DNA of 41,708 bases from Geosiphon pyriformis uo1 (lineage: Eukaryota > Fungi > Glomeromycota), in the NCBI GenBank assembly GCA_016748015.1, contig JAAOMT010000436.1, positions 9,667 through 51,374 of the forward strand, in the 5' to 3' direction. Each line of letters opens with the position of its first letter. The stretch's first letter is position 1. Of the stretch, positions 36,208 through 41,708 are shown in pieces. The position numbers and the translations under genes were made by a program. The notes under the pieces were generated by a model, which was given only the letters and a program-made list of their open reading frames with translations, made no database searches and was not told where the DNA came from.

Positions 36208-37700
36208 ATGAACAATTATTTTCTGAATCAAAACATTCAAAATGCTTTCTATACTCTTCATAAATATTGGATCAAAAACTATCCAAATGCTATTCTGATC
36301 ATTGAAAAACAAACCACCATAACTGATAACAATAGAACATATACTATTATTAGACCAAAAAAAACTACTACCAGAAGAGAAAAAATTGGTAGTAAAATGG
36401 ATAAATATCTGTTGAAAAGTATAACAGCAGTGTTATGGTTTAAGAATTTAGCAAAAGAATCATAAAAATAATATAAACTATTCAATTATAATATAGCGCA
36501 ATAATAATCTTAGAAAGGTAATAATTAACATGGTAGCAAACACCATCTCGCAATAGTGGCAAGCACCAGTTTACAATAGCAGTTAACACCAACTGGTGAT
36601 AGCAGCAAACACCAGGTTGAAATATCAAAAAGAAAGTATTACAATGTGTTTTCTCGTAAAACTACAAACATGTATATATACAGTAGCTTTAATATTGAGA
36701 AAAGAGAATCAAGTAATAAAAATCATAACTTATCAAGCAATAGATCCAATTTTATTCAACAAACTCCACTTTAAATCATATTTTCAAATTAAATATCCCA
36801 AGAAACCTTTAAATCAAAAAGAAATAAAAAAAATATTTAAAACTGAATTATCATAACCCAAAGTATTAAAAAACTTACTTGTATTATTTATTGAATGAAA
36901 CTATCATTTATCAACTGAATCTCTTGGAAGAATAATTCTTGATCAAGATTATTCACATTATTACTAATTGATAAAAGCTTTATTGTAAGAATTAGGAAAA
37001 GCACTAAAGGTCATTAACATTCTGTGTTTCTAGATTAAAGAAACACATCAGGCAATTGTAAGGATAGCCTCAGAGAAGACTCCAGACAGCAGGTAGATTT
37101 CAGTTCAGCCTCTGAAAAGGAGTACATAAACACATACAACAATCAGGAATTAAAAAATAACTTACATTGTGACATTAAAAAAAAAGCCTTCAATATAACA
37201 GTAATATTATCACACAAATAGAATTGAGGAACTCATGAAAGACTGATTGCAATTAAAACAGGATATCAGCAATTAAATATAACAAGAAAACTATCCCATA
37301 ACAGCAGCTATACTTTCACCTTCCAACACAATTGAAAAAAACACTTCAAGAAATCTTACCCATAGACAAAAACTTTGTCATATGGAAGGCAATTAAAATT
37401 CTATAGTCACCTTGGTGAAATCATAGAGGATATGAAACTCATGAAGAAAACAATTTCAAAGATACAGACAGAAATTTTTGGACATTATACAGTTAGATGT
37501 TTTAAGAGTTTTAACTATTGCTAAAAGAGCCAAAACTCTAATACAAAGATTTGGTCTCTTGAATACAAAACTCATTTCATCTTAATTATTATATACCTTA
37601 TTCACAAAAGATTTCAACAAACTAGTTAGCTTTGAGTTAAATAAAACCCTTCAAATAGATTACACCATAAATAGCTTAATTTTGCCAAAGCTCAATTTCT
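36208..37700 (+). pseudogene. Gypsy B 3' accessory coding region (unknown)
   Basis: About 1.5 kb between IN and PPT with coding-like fragments; the last ~130 codons contain FYSHLGEII...AKRAKTLIQRFG...DFNKL. Confidence 0.55.
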
Positions 37701-37702
37701 TT

Positions 37703-37713
37703 GGAGAGGATGA
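37703..37713 (+). promoter_or_regulatory. Polypurine tract of Gypsy B (GGAGAGGATGA)
   Basis: Purine-rich tract abutting the 3' LTR TG. Confidence 0.8.
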
Positions 37714-38379
37714 TGTTATGATTGAAACTTATACTTTTTATTAATTATTACATGTATTAACCAATGATATTATATAAATTAGCCACTCTATTTTTAGAAA
37801 GTGATCATTAATCTGATCATTGACTTAGTTGTTAACTTAATCATTAACTACTTTTGATAGTTATATAAATGATAAATTTTTTAGCTGTAGAAAAGCATAT
37901 AAGAATCAAAGAAAGAAAATAAATAAAATAACAACTTTCATCTTAATCATTCTTTTATTGCTAAATTTTTTTTTCCTACCTTCAAGTATTTGAACATCTT
38001 AGAATAAAAAACTACTTGTTGGTTATTTTTTATCCTTTTCCTGAAATGTGTAATTGCAGTATTTGAAGATTATTGAATAAAATGTGACTGAAGAGCACAT
38101 CTAATACTTGATATTAAATTCTAAGAGTGCTAATATAAGACATAAAATTATATCAAGTGTGATTATTTGTTGACAGTATGGACTATCTCTTTACCTTCAG
38201 ATTCCTTGGTTATCCTTGAAAAGTATAGTGACTGAGATATTTTATGAGACTAATCTCATATATTGAATCCATACTTATTCAATTTGCTCTTTGAAGTTGA
38301 ATTCCCTTTGATTCCTTTTATTACCCTACAATTCTGTTCTTTTTTGCTATTCATTAGCTTGTTACTCCAACTTGTAACA
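37714..38379 (+). repeat. 3' LTR of Gypsy B (666 bp)
   Basis: Colinear with 29864-30503, with two extra 12-bp units. Confidence 0.95.
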
Positions 38380-40730
38380 CTATTATAAAAGATTAGACCA
38401 AAAAGTTTATGATTTTTGGATTATTGTTAGGGCTCTGAATTAATTAATATGCTTTTTGAATCATATAAACAATGGAGTCTTTTTAAAAATTATAAGTGTT
38501 ATTGGTTTTAAGGAATTAGTTTATGTAATAAAAGATTTGCTAGATAGAAAAACTGCTGGTTTGAATGGTATTTTAAATAAACTGTGAAAACATTATAATA
38601 AAAATATTATTAAATGTCTTTTAGTTTTTTTAAACTCATGTTTATTTTTGGATACAATGTTAATTTTATAAAAAAAGACATAAATTTCTATAATATCTAA
38701 ATTTTATAAGTAGAATAAAGTTTTTATAAACACTAAGCTAATTACTCTGATTAAAACAGCTAAGAAAATTTTTTTAAAAATTTTTTCAGATTGAATCTTA
38801 TTTGTATATAACTGATTTAATGTTTTTTGTGATAACAATTTTTCTGTTTTAAAAAGTACTTTGATGTAGTTTTTTGTTTTTATTATTAGCTTAATAATTA
38901 AAGATGTTTTAAAAAAGAATAAAAAAATTTGATTGGTATTACAAAACATGTACAAAACATATAATTCTGTTGATTAGTTCTATTTAAAAACCAGTTTGCA
39001 GTATATCAAAATGTGTGAGAAATTTATTAATTTTTTTAACAGCATTTATAAAAACAGAATAAATAGAGTTATAACAAACTTTGATCTTATATGTAAATAT
39101 CAAATACATAATAAATTATATCAAAATAAAATATTCTCTCCTTTTTTTTAAAAAATCTTCTATAATTTTCTTTTATGTAAAATTAAAAAACATGAACATT
39201 TATATAAATATTAGATTTATACCAGATTTATAGCCAAAACAAACAGAATAGATATCAAAAGAGAAAAGATTTTTTTTCTTACAGCTGGTGCTTTTATTGA
39301 TAACACTATTAGAATTAAAAATAGTTAGACTTTTATACAATATATATTAAATATTACCAGTAAATTTTTTTTATTTAATGATATCTTAATTAATAATAAT
39401 AAAACAGTAGTTATTTTTATCAATTAGCAAATTAAAAATGCTTTTTTAAGAATTAGTAGACTATTAATTTTAATTGCCAAAAGTAAAGTACTACATAGAT
39501 ATTTAGATATTTTTTTATTGACAAATAATTTGTTAAAGCCCAATATAACCAAAACTAAGTTTGATATTAAGTTTTTTTTAAATATAGTATTAAAAAAAAC
39601 TATTATAAATAAGCAATTTTCTTATTTGGTTTTAGCTGTTCTGTAATTTATAATTAAGTATTGATTACAGTTTAGCTTTGTTTCTTCTGAAGTTGCTGTT
39701 AATAAAATATTATAGTTAGAAAAAATTTTAGATTAAAAACTGGTTTATTTCACGATTTTTTTAGTAATATATTGTATCATTTTTTATTGTATAATCTAAA
39801 AACATTTAAGCAAGTTTAAACTAAAAAAAAATTGCTTCAACTATTGTTTTTGTAAATATTACTGGTATTTTTAGTTAATTTTTTGGCTATGTTTTTGGAT
39901 TTTCAAGTTTTGAAATGAGCTTTTTTGAATTTTTTGCAGTATCTAATTTGGTTATAAGTTTTTTTAACAATTTTTGGCTAAATTAATGTGTATTTTTTTG
40001 GACAATGGCCTTTTGTTAGTAAATAATTAACATTGTGTATTTTTCAATTTTGACAAATTTTCTATGTTAAGTGTTCTGAGAGTTTCTTTGTACTTTAATA
40101 AGATTGGTTCTTTAAAAAAATTTGAAATAACTTTTTGTAACAGATTTTTGAACAAAAAAGGCAGAATAATATATTAAAAAACATTTTGTTACTAAAAAAG
40201 ATTAGATCCTATGAAGCTTATGTCTTTTTGATTTGTTTTAATATTAAAGTTTTTACATAGTTCTAATCTTGTATTAGTATCTTTTGATATAATTTCTGGG
40301 TTGGTAAATGATAGTATTTGTTGTTAAATAAATTTTTAATATTAAGAAAATGTTTGCATAAGATCTGGTCAAATAAAATTAATATATATATTGAGAAGTT
40401 TTTAAAGAATTTAGGTTTTTCTGCTATTACTAATAAAGCTGCTGCATATTTTTTTGAAGTGAATTTAAGAGTTGAGATTAGAGTTCATAATTTATTGTTA
40501 TTAATACTAATTAAATTATATGCTATAGCTCTTTTTCTAAAATATATGTCTTTTTCTTGTGCTGAAATAGTGTATTTAAATAACCAGACTGCTATGAATA
40601 CTTGTATTTTAGTATTAAAGTTGTTGAGTTTAGACTTTGTAATTACTATTGAATAGAAAAAAAACATATTGCAAATTTGATTAAAGATAAGAATTTTTTA
40701 GTAATTTGGTTAAAGGTTAAGAGATTATTG
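38380..40730 (+). mobile_element. Highly decayed LINE ORF2 fragment (pre-RT to RNase H)
   Basis: KDLLDRKTAGL, MCEKFINFF, AGAFIDNT, AAAYF and WLKVKR, colinear with 6730-9090. Confidence 0.85.
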
Positions 40731-40739
40731 TTAAAAAAG

Positions 40740-41622
40740 CTGAAATTTTTATATAAAAATTTGATTTCTTAGATACAAAGCTTATTTTATCTTATATACT
40801 ATATATTTTATTTACAAAAAACTTTAACAAACTAGTTAGTTTTGAGCTAAACAAAACTTTTTAAATAGAATATCTTATAAATAATTTGATTTCACCAGAG
40901 TTTAAATTTTTTAAAGAAAATAATATTATGATTAAAAACCATAGTTTTTATTAGTTATTATATATATTAGTCATTAATATTATATAATTTTCTGCATTAT
41001 TTTTAGATAGTAATTATTAATTTAATTAATAATTTAATTATTAACTTGACTATTAATTTGATTATTAATCTAATTAATAATCTGAGTGTTAACTATTTTT
41101 AATAATTATATAAGCAATAAGTCTTTTAGATATAAAAATATATATAAAAAATCAAAAAAATAAAACAATATCTATTAAATTAATTTTTTTTTATTGTTTA
41201 TTTTTATTTTTTTATTTTTTATTTTTAAGTATTTGAATATTTTAAAATAAAAAATTACTTGTTAATATTTATCTATTCTTTTTTAATCTGTATAATTGTA
41301 ATATTTAAAAATTATTAAATAAAATATAATTGAAAAGTATATTTGATATTTAATATTAAATTCTAAAAGTGCTAATATAAAACATAGAATTGTATTAGTA
41401 TGTTATTATTTATTAACAGTACAAATTATTTTTCTATTTTTAAATTTCCTAGTTATCTTTTGAAAAAATTAACAACTAAGATATTTTATGAGACTAATTT
41501 TATATATTGAATTTATACTCATTTAATTTACTCTTTAAAGTTGAATTCTTTTTAATTAATTCATTATTTTACAATCTTATTCTCTTTTGTTATTTGTTAA
41601 TTTGTTACTTTAATTCATAATA
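40740..41622 (+). mobile_element. Truncated Gypsy B-family remnant: end of accessory ORF, decayed PPT and LTR (40924-41622)
   Basis: CTTTAACAAACTAGTTAGTTTTGAG matches ~37612-37636; LTR motifs such as GATATTTTATGAGACT and AAATTCTAAAAGTGCTAATATAA. Confidence 0.85.
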
Positions 41623-41708
41623 ATATTTTTAATTTGCCAAAATATTAGAAAAAAATACTAAATTATTAATAGTATTAGAATAAATAGTATAAAAAAAAGC
41701 TTTTTTTT

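Larger units (their letters stand above)
29864..38379 (+). mobile_element. Ty3/Gypsy LTR retrotransposon B (gag-PR-RT-RNaseH, IN, accessory region), degenerate, probably recombinant
   Basis: TGTTA..TAACA LTR pair, PBS, PPT and PR-RT-RH-IN order. No dUTPase. Confidence 0.95.

Noticed and set aside
36100-37700. Chromodomain or Env after integrase
   Set aside because: No chromodomain aromatic-cage motif, signal peptide, furin site or transmembrane helix is recognisable in either Gypsy element.
254-40667. Short ORF-track entries as host genes
   Set aside because: They are TE pseudogene fragments, antisense or alternate-frame shadows of TE ORFs, or low-complexity AT-rich ORFs.

Overview
Eukaryotic, AT-rich, transposon-only region with no recognisable host gene. 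It is most likely fungal; the proteins resemble Glomeromycotina/Geosiphon-type TE proteins from my recollection, which is unverified. From left to right it contains: (1) a 2.3-kb ORF1-only poly(A) retroposon with a 12-bp TSD that shares its 3' tail with the neighbouring LINE (HAL1-like non-autonomous element); (2) a full-length but pseudogenised APE-RT-RNaseH-Znf LINE with a 16-bp TSD; (3) an N-gap followed by a ~2% diverged duplicate of the LINE 3' end and its flank; (4) a minus-strand Ty3/Gypsy element (11845-21814) nested in an older LINE ORF1, carrying a Cys-rich insert and a dUTPase between protease and RT; (5) older LINE fragments; (6) a plus-strand Ty3/Gypsy element (29864-38379) whose flanks do not match; (7) another LINE ORF2 fragment and a truncated third LTR copy. 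The most notable observations are that both divergent Gypsy families appear to encode integrase as a separate ORF and share a homologous, unannotated 3' accessory ORF (YxHLG...RF...FxKL), that the ORF1-only element and the LINE share a structured 3' tail, and that repeats decay almost purely by C>T/G>A, including at non-CpG sites (RIP-like). All translations of decayed copies were done by eye through stops and frameshifts, so domain boundaries are approximate.
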